Positions 38,008-45,540 of a stretch of 50,853 bases of DNA are shown here, piece by piece. The DNA comes from a virus. Taxonomy: Duplodnaviria > Caudoviricetes. Below the pieces are notes generated by a model. It had not been told where the DNA came from. It saw only the letters and a program-made list of their open reading frames with translations, and searched no databases. The DNA is taken from positions 1 through 50,853 of the IMG/VR virus record IMGVR_UViG_3300037468_000175; one strand, written 5' to 3'. Both the position numbers and the translations under genes were made by a program. Position 1 is the first letter of the stretch. Each line of letters begins with the position of its first letter.

Positions 38008-38211
38008 ATGTCCACTCCGGTAAGCGGGAGAAGTTTAAGAATTAGTGGGGCGAAGGTCGAAATCCCCGACGACCTTGAATGGCCGAGTTACGATGTCAAG
38101 GTTAAGGTAACGGGCGATATTGTTCAAAGAATTGATAATGACAATCAAGACGGCAAGGTTGAAAGGGTGTTTGTCCTCCGAGCCACCTACGTTGAGGTGG
38201 TCAACGAATAA
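38008..38211 (+). CDS. Hypothetical protein
   Basis: SD AGGAGG. Confidence 0.6.
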   Translation: MSTPVSGRSLRISGAKVEIPDDLEWPSYDVKVKVTGDIVQRIDNDNQDGKVERVFVLRATYVEVVNE

Positions 38212-38233
38212 TGTTATACAATGAAAGCCACCT

Positions 38234-38476
38234 ATGAAAGACCAACAACTCCAGCAAGTAGCTAAAGCCCTGATTGATGCCGAGGATTACAAGACCCACC
38301 TGTTCCAGTACTACATCGAGCGTTACAAGGGCCACCCGCCCCAGATTAACGAGGTAGTCAGTAACTTTTTAGACGACTTATCCCAGTCCCTCACTTTAGT
38401 TTACCAAGCGTATGAGGGGAAGGGGGGTGAGAAAAATGTCGAAAAAGGAAAACAAAGCCAAGAAGGCGGAGTTTAA
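38234..38476 (+). CDS. Hypothetical protein
   Basis: ORF. Confidence 0.5.
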   Translation: MKDQQLQQVAKALIDAEDYKTHLFQYYIERYKGHPPQINEVVSNFLDDLSQSLTLVYQAYEGKGGEKNVEKGKQSQEGGV

Positions 38477-39596
38477 GGTCCGCCAAGTTACAGAACAAGA
38501 GAAAGCCCACGATAGGTTATGGGTAAGGGTAATGCTTGGACTGATGTTGATACTCGGTTTAATTGCCTTATGGTTTTGGGTTATTAGTCCGGCCATAGCT
38601 GTTGAGGTATGTCCTGACGGCGGTGCTTGGCAGAAGGATGATACAAATAACGGGTTTGATGAAACTTGTAACTCCGGAAAGAAAGTCACCCAGATTTGTA
38701 TAAAGGGTGGCACTAATATTGCCTACTACACCACTAACGGAAATGACGGTTGTTGGGCTAGGTCAGGTATTGGAACTAACGAAGGCGATGCTTGGAAGAT
38801 TGGCGATGGACCATCGTGTAAGGATATATCCCACGCTTCTTTTAAGTGTGAGACTGTTTCACCGACTCCTACGCCTACCCCTACCCCAACACCGACTCCG
38901 ACAAAGACTGATGGTGTGTGTGGCAGCGAACCAGAAACTTGCGATGCTGGTACCTGGAAAGAAAAGAAAGATACCGACAAAGAGTACAAGTGGTATTGCG
39001 AGGGGATTAACGGCGGTAAGAAGATCGAGTGCAAAATGGATATACCCGTTTGTGGCGATCTAACTTACACGTGCAACGAGTGCGAGGCAAAACCAACCGA
39101 AGAATACTGCGGAGAATGGAAATATGAATATTGCACAGGCGAGTACAAGTGCGGCTATGAGGATGACTCCTGGTCGTGTGACTGTCCAGTCGAACCGACC
39201 CCAACCCCGACCCAACCTCCCGTGGTCACTACTCAAAGCAAGCCGGAAGGGTGCACACAAAATTGTTCTGCACCAACTTGTGAGGATGCCATACCAGAGC
39301 CAGTAGTTAACCCCCACGTCTACCGTCAAAACGGGACTGCCCTAGTAAAATGGTACCCCAAGCAAGGTGACAAGGTTCATATTTATTGGCGGTTGACTAG
39401 TGCGAGTGATTGGCAACACTCTATAGCTAATAGTCCCAATGATGGGTATGAGGAGATTAAAGAATTAGGAAATGAAGATTGGGTTTTTGGCCTGCAATCG
39501 GTTAACGGATGCCGACCAAACGGAATTGTTAACGCCTCGACTATTACCGAAATAGTTGATGGTGCTTGCCAAGATTGGGTCTTATTCAGACCCTAA
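38436..39596 (+). CDS. Membrane-anchored Cys-rich extracellular protein with PT linkers and FN3-like C-terminus
   Basis: TM/signal segment, (PT)n tracts, many Cys, C-terminal W...SVNGC.P. Confidence 0.65.
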   Translation: MSKKENKAKKAEFKVRQVTEQEKAHDRLWVRVMLGLMLILGLIALWFWVISPAIAVEVCPDGGAWQKDDTNNGFDETCNSGKKVTQICIKGGTNIAYYTTNGNDGCWARSGIGTNEGDAWKIGDGPSCKDISHASFKCETVSPTPTPTPTPTPTPTKTDGVCGSEPETCDAGTWKEKKDTDKEYKWYCEGINGGKKIECKMDIPVCGDLTYTCNECEAKPTEEYCGEWKYEYCTGEYKCGYEDDSWSCDCPVEPTPTPTQPPVVTTQSKPEGCTQNCSAPTCEDAIPEPVVNPHVYRQNGTALVKWYPKQGDKVHIYWRLTSASDWQHSIANSPNDGYEEIKELGNEDWVFGLQSVNGCRPNGIVNASTITEIVDGACQDWVLFRP

Positions 39597-39614
39597 CGCA
39601 CTTTGACAGGGTAA

Positions 39615-39678
39615 GGCAGTTGGGGTTGGGAGCGTATCGTTGAGGCGGGTAATGGAGTTATAAGGTGCGTTTCGGTTT
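39615..39678 (+). ncRNA. Solo GGCA-(GGY/GTY-NN)12 guide-like unit
   Basis: Same grammar as the 41223-42070 array; intergenic; flanked by hairpins. Confidence 0.65.
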
Positions 39679-39721
39679 TTGATAGTGGGGCGTAGTTATA
39701 CGCCCTACCAATCAGGAACTT

Positions 39722-39898
39722 ATGCCAATACAATATTGCGAGATATGCGACCAGTACATTGACCTAGATACAGACGTGGAACATTTTGACGACCACTTAC
39801 CGGAGTATTTTTCTTGGAAGGACGCGTATAAGCATATGTTGAATAGTGCCGATAAGTTGATAGCCGGCCTCAAGGAGTCAAAATCCAATGGCACTTGA
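39722..39898 (+). CDS. Small zinc-finger protein (58 aa, not in ORF track)
   Basis: CEIC...H...H. Confidence 0.5.
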   Translation: MPIQYCEICDQYIDLDTDVEHFDDHLPEYFSWKDAYKHMLNSADKLIAGLKESKSNGT

Positions 39899-40076
39899 AC
39901 GTATAATCCATTGGCTAAAGGGAGAAAAGCCGTTTTCGACGTATTACGTGATGTTTGAAGTAGACGGAGAGATATACACTACCAATGACTTGCCGAAAGA
40001 GATGGCTGACCACCTTGCTACTCAAATAGGGGGGATAGTAATGCCTACGGAGTTACCCAATGAAAAAGAAGTGTGA
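39888..40076 (+). CDS. Hypothetical protein
   Basis: SD AAGGAG. Confidence 0.5.
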   Translation: MALERIIHWLKGEKPFSTYYVMFEVDGEIYTTNDLPKEMADHLATQIGGIVMPTELPNEKEV

Positions 40077-40251
40077 ACACGATTGGCACGAAGACCCGCT
40101 ATTCAAGTCGGGGGCAATTCGGATAGTAGCCGGAACTCCCAAAGCATTAGGGGAGGAAACTATTGACGTATGTAGTGAGTGCGGAGAACGGCGGTACCGG
40201 GTGATTAAGAAGTTGGGTTCGTTAGTTGATATGTACAAAGACACCCTATAA
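40060..40251 (+). CDS. Small zinc-ribbon protein
   Basis: C.H.W...CSECG. Confidence 0.55.
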   Translation: MKKKCEHDWHEDPLFKSGAIRIVAGTPKALGEETIDVCSECGERRYRVIKKLGSLVDMYKDTL

Positions 40252-40296
40252 TATATTTCCTCGAGGGCTTGGGTTATAATACCCTCAAGAAGGGGG

Positions 40297-40494
40297 GTGA
40301 TTTATATTAACACGCGTTTTCAAAACAAATATCTGGACAAAGACGTTAAGCGTATGGTCGAGAAGGGTTATATGGACACCGGTTTAGCCCTGACCAGCGA
40401 TGGTATTCGGTTCTTATGCGAATACGTTTATGAGGTCAACAAAAAGGACATTAGCAAATTGCTCAATGACCAAGACCTCAACAAACCTTACTAG
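40297..40494 (+). CDS. Hypothetical protein
   Basis: SD AAGGGGGGTGA; exact start uncertain. Confidence 0.5.
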   Translation: MIYINTRFQNKYLDKDVKRMVEKGYMDTGLALTSDGIRFLCEYVYEVNKKDISKLLNDQDLNKPY

Positions 40495-40525
40495 CAATTA
40501 GCACTCACAGAAGGGGGGTGATAAT

Positions 40526-41194
40526 ATGGCAGAAATCATCCAGATACCAGCACCAAACATTCAAATGATTGAGGTCGAGATTAAAGGGACTACTCCCTTA
40601 ATGTTCCACAAATGGTCGGAAAAGGCCAAGGCACAGATAAGGGATAAGCAACAGAAAAAGGCCAAGACCGGCAGACCCAAGAGAGAGCCGGAGGTCGAGT
40701 ACCTGAACTCGTTTTACTATACGCAAGACGGGTTCGTCTCTTTCCCCGCATTGGCGATTAAACAAGCAATTGTGGGGGCGGCTCGGTCAATTGATGGCTT
40801 ACAAATGACGATTATCCGGGGCAACATCTTCGTCGTAGGCGACGTTGATGGCCTGGTACCCGTCTTGGTTGACGGCAAGCCCGTCAAACCCAGTAAGAAG
40901 CTGACACCAGCTAACGGTACTCAAGGTGAAAACATTTTCGCGATTGATACGGCCAACACTAACTTGGTAATGATGGAACATATGGTCAGGGTTGCTCGAG
41001 GGGCAGCCGACCTGCGTTACCGAGGGGCGATTAAGTCTTGGTCAATGAACTTGATGGTCAAGTTTAACGCCGATATGTTCAGCCAAGAACAAGTCGTGAA
41101 TCTCATCCAAACCGCAGGTTTCTCTCAAGGACTCGGCGAATGGAGGCCGGAACGGAACGGCGACAGCGGAACATTTGAGGTCGTACAATCTTAA
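40526..41194 (+). CDS. RAMP/Cas7-like RNA-binding effector (Vipr-like)
   Basis: N-terminal strand IEVEIKGTTPLMFH; C-terminal Gly-rich loop AGFSQGLGEWRPERNGDSGTFEV; directly upstream of the pentamer array. Confidence 0.7.
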   Translation: MAEIIQIPAPNIQMIEVEIKGTTPLMFHKWSEKAKAQIRDKQQKKAKTGRPKREPEVEYLNSFYYTQDGFVSFPALAIKQAIVGAARSIDGLQMTIIRGNIFVVGDVDGLVPVLVDGKPVKPSKKLTPANGTQGENIFAIDTANTNLVMMEHMVRVARGAADLRYRGAIKSWSMNLMVKFNADMFSQEQVVNLIQTAGFSQGLGEWRPERNGDSGTFEVVQS

Positions 41195-41195
41195 A

Positions 41196-41226
41196 TGCCT
41201 GGGGCGCCTGCCCGCCCCACAAGGCA
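41196..41226 (+). promoter_or_regulatory. Leader hairpin of the guide array
   Basis: TGGGGCG-CCTGCC-CGCCCCA stem-loop, extendable by TGCCT/AGGCA. Confidence 0.6.
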
Positions 41227-42070
41227 GTCGTGGAATGGAGTTGTACGATTCGGAGAGGCGGGGGAGGATTGCCAGTAGTGGTTACGAGAGGCCCGGTGCG
41301 TTGTCTGGGGCTCGTTGGGGCGGTGAAATGGTTTGGCAGTAAAGGAATGTTATGTCGGGTACCGGACGTATTTGGTTGGTTTGATTAGGCAGTAGGGGAG
41401 AGTTTTGGTTGGTAAGGTTGGAACGTCTTGTTGAGGTATGGAGTGCCAGTAGAGGAGAGGCAATGTACGGCGGGGCGGGGAGATGAGTTGCTTAGTATGG
41501 CGAGTCACGGCGGGGCAGTCGGGGATGGGTGCGTGACGGAGTGTGTAGGTCGGGCAGTATAGGTGGGTCGAGGCATAATGGGGTTCGTGGCGGTAAGGTC
41601 GGTACGGCAGTCAAGGACCGGATAGGTGGGGTTCGGAAAGGCAATCCGAGTCGGGGTATGTTAGGGCAGTCGTGGCAGTTCACGTCGAGGCCGTATCAGG
41701 CGAAATAAGGTGAGGCGGGGCCAGTTTTGGCAGTAGGGGTAAGGCACGGCTTGGACATTAAGCGGTGGGGTGCCGAATGGCGAGGACTGGCAGTTAGGGA
41801 ACGGAGTGTTAAGGTGTTGTTCGCCTGGGCTGTAAAGGTGTGTATCGGTACTGCAAGGCACTGTTTGGCCGGGACGGGTTGGCCGAGGTCGGGCAGTTAT
41901 GGGGGGCACGGTTCTGGTAGGCAGGTCTAGGAAAGGCAGTCGGGGAGAGTATGGGAGGTATTGGGAACGTAATGGTGTGTTACCGCGAGGTGAGGCAAGG
42001 TTTCGCCAGGATGGAATGGTTGGGCAGTAATGGGTGGTACGGTTGGACAGGTTCGTCAATTTAAGGCAGG
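41223..42070 (+). ncRNA. Array of ~15 guide-like RNA units: GGCA/GCCA delimiter + 7-17 (GGY/GTY/NGY)-NN pentamers
   Basis: GGCAGT/GCCAGT at 41223, 41271, 41335, 41388, 41445, 41514, 41553, 41606, 41665, 41729, 41789, 41892, 41935, 42023 (GGCTGT at 41828, GGCAGG at 42065); strong 5-nt G periodicity; no credible ORF. Confidence 0.85.
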
Positions 42071-42132
42071 GCTTGGTTATGTACCTAGACTAGATTATGA
42101 ATATAATCAAATTAGGAAGGGAGGTGATTCAA

Positions 42133-42552
42133 ATGGATGAAGTAATCAATATCTTAAAAGCAATTGAACAACGTGATGGCGTTCTCCGACCGGAAGTGTT
42201 GGTGGACGAGGCGTCTCAGTCTTCCCATCCCTTACACGGGTACTTTGAATGGGAGGATACGGAAGCCGCCCGCAAGTGGCGCATACATCAAGCCAGGACT
42301 ATGATTATCAAGGTCAAGGTGAGAATAGCTGAAACCACGACCCAGGCATTTCACAACGTCAGGGTCGAGATAAACAAAGTCCCGGTGAGGGGCTATTTTT
42401 CTACCGAACGGGTCTTATCCGATAAGGATATGCTCGGCCAAGTCCTAGCCAGGGCGTTGGATGAATTGGAATACTGGCAGAAAAAATACGAGACTATCAA
42501 AGAATTGGCCGGTATTATCAACCACGATGTCCTCAGCCAAGTCAAAAAATGA
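42133..42552 (+). CDS. Conserved accessory protein of the array locus
   Basis: SD AAGGGAGGTGA; G.L.PE..VD.A....HPLH..FEW.D..AA..WR..QAR..I motif. Confidence 0.65.
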   Translation: MDEVINILKAIEQRDGVLRPEVLVDEASQSSHPLHGYFEWEDTEAARKWRIHQARTMIIKVKVRIAETTTQAFHNVRVEINKVPVRGYFSTERVLSDKDMLGQVLARALDELEYWQKKYETIKELAGIINHDVLSQVKK

Positions 42553-42866
42553 ACAAACTCCAACGGATTCTCTACCAAGTGGCGCACCGTGAATTGGGTG
42601 AATTGGAAGCCGAACGGCAGATTGAGGCGTTATATTCCAGTCAGTATTTGGAAGGAATTAGGGTGGGAATGAAACCGCCCAAAGAGTACGAGTGTTTATG
42701 CGCCAGGTGTGGCCACCTCTTGTTTCCGCAAGCCGATACAGATAAACTAAATGGCATAACCGCAACAAAGGGTACTTGTCAGCGGTGTGGGACTAAGGAC
42801 ACATTCTTAGTTCCGGTCAATGATTTTATGTATGCTAGCGGAGAAGGAGGCGGTGTATGGGATTAA
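42549..42866 (+). CDS. Zinc-ribbon protein
   Basis: CARCG...CQRCG. Confidence 0.55.
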   Translation: MNKLQRILYQVAHRELGELEAERQIEALYSSQYLEGIRVGMKPPKEYECLCARCGHLLFPQADTDKLNGITATKGTCQRCGTKDTFLVPVNDFMYASGEGGGVWD

Positions 42867-43606
42867 AGGAGTATCGGGATATAGAGTCGCTACACATTTG
42901 GGAAAAGAATCCCAGGACTATATCCCAAAAAGACTTTGGCCGTCTCAAGAAGCAACTGAAAAAGTTAGGGCAGTATAAGCCATTGGTCATTACCGAGGAT
43001 GGTACGGTTTTGGGCGGTAATATGCGCCTCAAGGCGTACCAAGAGATGGGAATTAAGGACATCTGGGTCTCGGTAGTCGAGGCCGATACGGAAGTTAAGA
43101 AAGTCGAGTACGCCTTATCGGATAATGACCGAGCCGGTACGTACATTGAAGATGATTTGTTGGCTTTGGTGAAGGATTTAGACCTGGACTTGGACTTATA
43201 CGCGGTAGACCTGGGAGAGATGTCTTCCTTATCAGATTTGTTCAAGGACCAAGAGGTGTTCGATGAGGACTACAGTGACAACCTCGGGGAGATAGTGTAC
43301 GAACCGAAGGAGACCCACCACAAAGTCTCGGATTTGTACCAACCGGACAATAAATACGACGCCGATATCGAGAGTCTGGAGAACGAGGAATTGAAACAGA
43401 TGCTTCGGGCCAGGGCGGCTAACTTCCATAACTTCAACTACGAAAAGATTGCCGATTATTATGCCTACCAGGCGACACCGGAGGAACAGCGGGTGTTTGA
43501 GAAACTGGCGTTGGTCCTCTTGGACCGGAATAAACTTATCGAGAATGGCTTTTCTAAACTCATAGACAAGATTGACCTGGGAGAGACAGAATATGAAGCT
43601 GAGTGA
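42857..43606 (+). CDS. ParB-like nuclease domain protein
   Basis: W.KNPR.I, L...G..KPLVI, GGNMRL.A, DN..AG. Confidence 0.8.
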   Translation: MGLKEYRDIESLHIWEKNPRTISQKDFGRLKKQLKKLGQYKPLVITEDGTVLGGNMRLKAYQEMGIKDIWVSVVEADTEVKKVEYALSDNDRAGTYIEDDLLALVKDLDLDLDLYAVDLGEMSSLSDLFKDQEVFDEDYSDNLGEIVYEPKETHHKVSDLYQPDNKYDADIESLENEELKQMLRARAANFHNFNYEKIADYYAYQATPEEQRVFEKLALVLLDRNKLIENGFSKLIDKIDLGETEYEAE

Positions 43607-44453
43607 AGCGTATGAGAAACTTAACACCATTTACATCATCTCCAAAGGCAGACCCAGGTGCCTGACGGCTCGGACACTAACCAGGATTGGCTACCCAGGC
43701 CAATGGTTTATTGTCTGCGGCAATAATGACAATACTATCGAGAAGTACCAACAGAATTGGGGTAAGGACAAGATACTGATATTTGATTGGTATGAGGAAG
43801 TGAAACATACGGATTTTATGGACAACCTGGGAGTTGAGAAGTATTCGTCTGGGGCGGCACCAGTCAGGAACGCCACGATGGAGATTAGCCGTCAGCGGGG
43901 AGAGATACGGCATTGGCAACTGGATGACGACTATCCGGCTTTCGTTAAGTTCAATACCAAACGAAAGAAGTATGACCGGGTTAGGGATGGGAGGGTACTC
44001 CAGTTTGAAATGGCGAAGATTGCCCTATTCGGCTATGAGGCCGACCTGACTAACGTGGGGTACCAACCCACCTCCAATACCTACCCCGACCAAGCATTTA
44101 ATTTCACCAAGCGGGTGTTCAACGCCCATAACCTACCAAGCGACCCGGATAAGTTTGTCCGGTGGCGTGCCCGAATGAATGACGATACGGTGAACGCTTT
44201 AGATGTATTGGTGGGCGGTGGTTATGAGATATCGGTCAATTATTTGGGAATGGGTACCATCAAAACACAGACAGAAACCGGGGGGAATACTGACCTGTAT
44301 AAGGACAACGGAACGGTTATGAAGACCGCCTATGCGGTTATGAGGTCGCCTAAATCCGTCTCTTTAGTGATTAAGTTCAAGCGTTACCACCACCAGAACA
44401 ATTGGGCTCCAGTTTCGCCCAAACTGATAAGAGACCATTATGCCCGATTATGA
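43593..44453 (+). CDS. TET/JBP-associated (GREB1-like) glycosyltransferase
   Basis: IYIISKGRP, GA...RN, HWQLDDD, W..R.N.D, Q...GGNTD.Y, RYHH..N. Confidence 0.7.
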   Translation: MKLSEAYEKLNTIYIISKGRPRCLTARTLTRIGYPGQWFIVCGNNDNTIEKYQQNWGKDKILIFDWYEEVKHTDFMDNLGVEKYSSGAAPVRNATMEISRQRGEIRHWQLDDDYPAFVKFNTKRKKYDRVRDGRVLQFEMAKIALFGYEADLTNVGYQPTSNTYPDQAFNFTKRVFNAHNLPSDPDKFVRWRARMNDDTVNALDVLVGGGYEISVNYLGMGTIKTQTETGGNTDLYKDNGTVMKTAYAVMRSPKSVSLVIKFKRYHHQNNWAPVSPKLIRDHYARL

Positions 44454-45540
44454 TTATCTTATTGTAGGTGCCGGACTTTTTGGTTCAACTTTTGCTTATC
44501 AAATGACTAAGCAGGGGAAGCGGTGTCTGGTGATTGACCAGCGGTCGCATACCGGAGGCAACTGCCACACCAGCAACCAGGATGGGATTATTGTCCACGA
44601 TTACGGAGCTCATATCTTCCATACCAGCAACCAACGGGTATGGGATTTTGTTAACCAATTCGGGGAGTTCAATCATTATATCAACCAACCTATCGCTATG
44701 GTGGAAGGTGTACCTTACAATATGCCGTTCAATATGAATATGTTTAGCCGGGTGTTCGGGGTGACCAAACCGAGTGAGGCATTCGATATTATCGAGGAGG
44801 AGACGAAGCCGTATCAAACCTTAGTACCGAAGTCATTGGAGGACCAAGCCCTCCAGATGGTCGGCAAAACCATTTTTGAAAAGTTCATCAGGGGATACAG
44901 CGAAAAGCAATGGGGTAGCCCCTGTTCCGACTTGCCGGCCAGTTTTATCAAGCGGTTGCCGTTGCGGTTCACTTACGATAATAATTATTATGACGATACT
45001 TACCAGGGCATACCAATAGACGGATACTCCGGCCTATTTGACCGGATGCTCAGGGGAATAGAGGTGGAGGTGAACGTCAAATACAATGAGGTAAAGAGCC
45101 ACATTGAGGCCAAGAAAACTATTTACACCGGAATGATTGACGAGTTCTTTGACTTCCAGTTCGGTTCACCGGAGTACCGGAGTCTGCATTTCGTTCACCT
45201 GTATAAGGATTGCTACAACTACCAAGGGTGTGCTGTGATTAACTACCCAGGTCTTGATGTGCCGTACACCCGCAGTATCGAGCATAAGCATTTCGCTTTG
45301 GACACCACCTCACCGACCACGATAGTCACGTATGAGTTCCCCGTACCTTACAAGGAAGGTCTTATCCCCTATTATCCGGTAGGCAATAGCCGAGATGTCA
45401 AGATTTATGACAAATATTTGACATTAGCTTCACAGATGTCAAATATAGTTTTTGCTGGTAGATTGGGAAGTTACCAGTACTACGATATGGATGACACGAT
45501 TGACCACGCCTTACAGTTAGCCGATAAGGAATTGCAATGA
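44440..45540 (+). CDS. glf: UDP-galactopyranose mutase
   Basis: YLIVGAGLFG, GGNC, H.YGAHIFHT, Y..KQWG, RLPLR..YDNNY..D.YQGIP, YTR.IEHKHF, PYYP, GRLG.YQYYDMD. Confidence 0.95.
   Translation: MPDYDYLIVGAGLFGSTFAYQMTKQGKRCLVIDQRSHTGGNCHTSNQDGIIVHDYGAHIFHTSNQRVWDFVNQFGEFNHYINQPIAMVEGVPYNMPFNMNMFSRVFGVTKPSEAFDIIEEETKPYQTLVPKSLEDQALQMVGKTIFEKFIRGYSEKQWGSPCSDLPASFIKRLPLRFTYDNNYYDDTYQGIPIDGYSGLFDRMLRGIEVEVNVKYNEVKSHIEAKKTIYTGMIDEFFDFQFGSPEYRSLHFVHLYKDCYNYQGCAVINYPGLDVPYTRSIEHKHFALDTTSPTTIVTYEFPVPYKEGLIPYYPVGNSRDVKIYDKYLTLASQMSNIVFAGRLGSYQYYDMDDTIDHALQLADKELQ

Noticed and set aside
41492-42059. Pro/Arg-rich ORFs 41492..41683, 41661..42059 and 41727..41930
   Set aside because: By-products of the G-rich periodic array; no SD and low-complexity translation
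41223-42070. Classical CRISPR array
   Set aside because: No 23-50-nt repeats alternating with spacers; only a 4-6-nt delimiter and interleaved pentamers; no cas1/cas2
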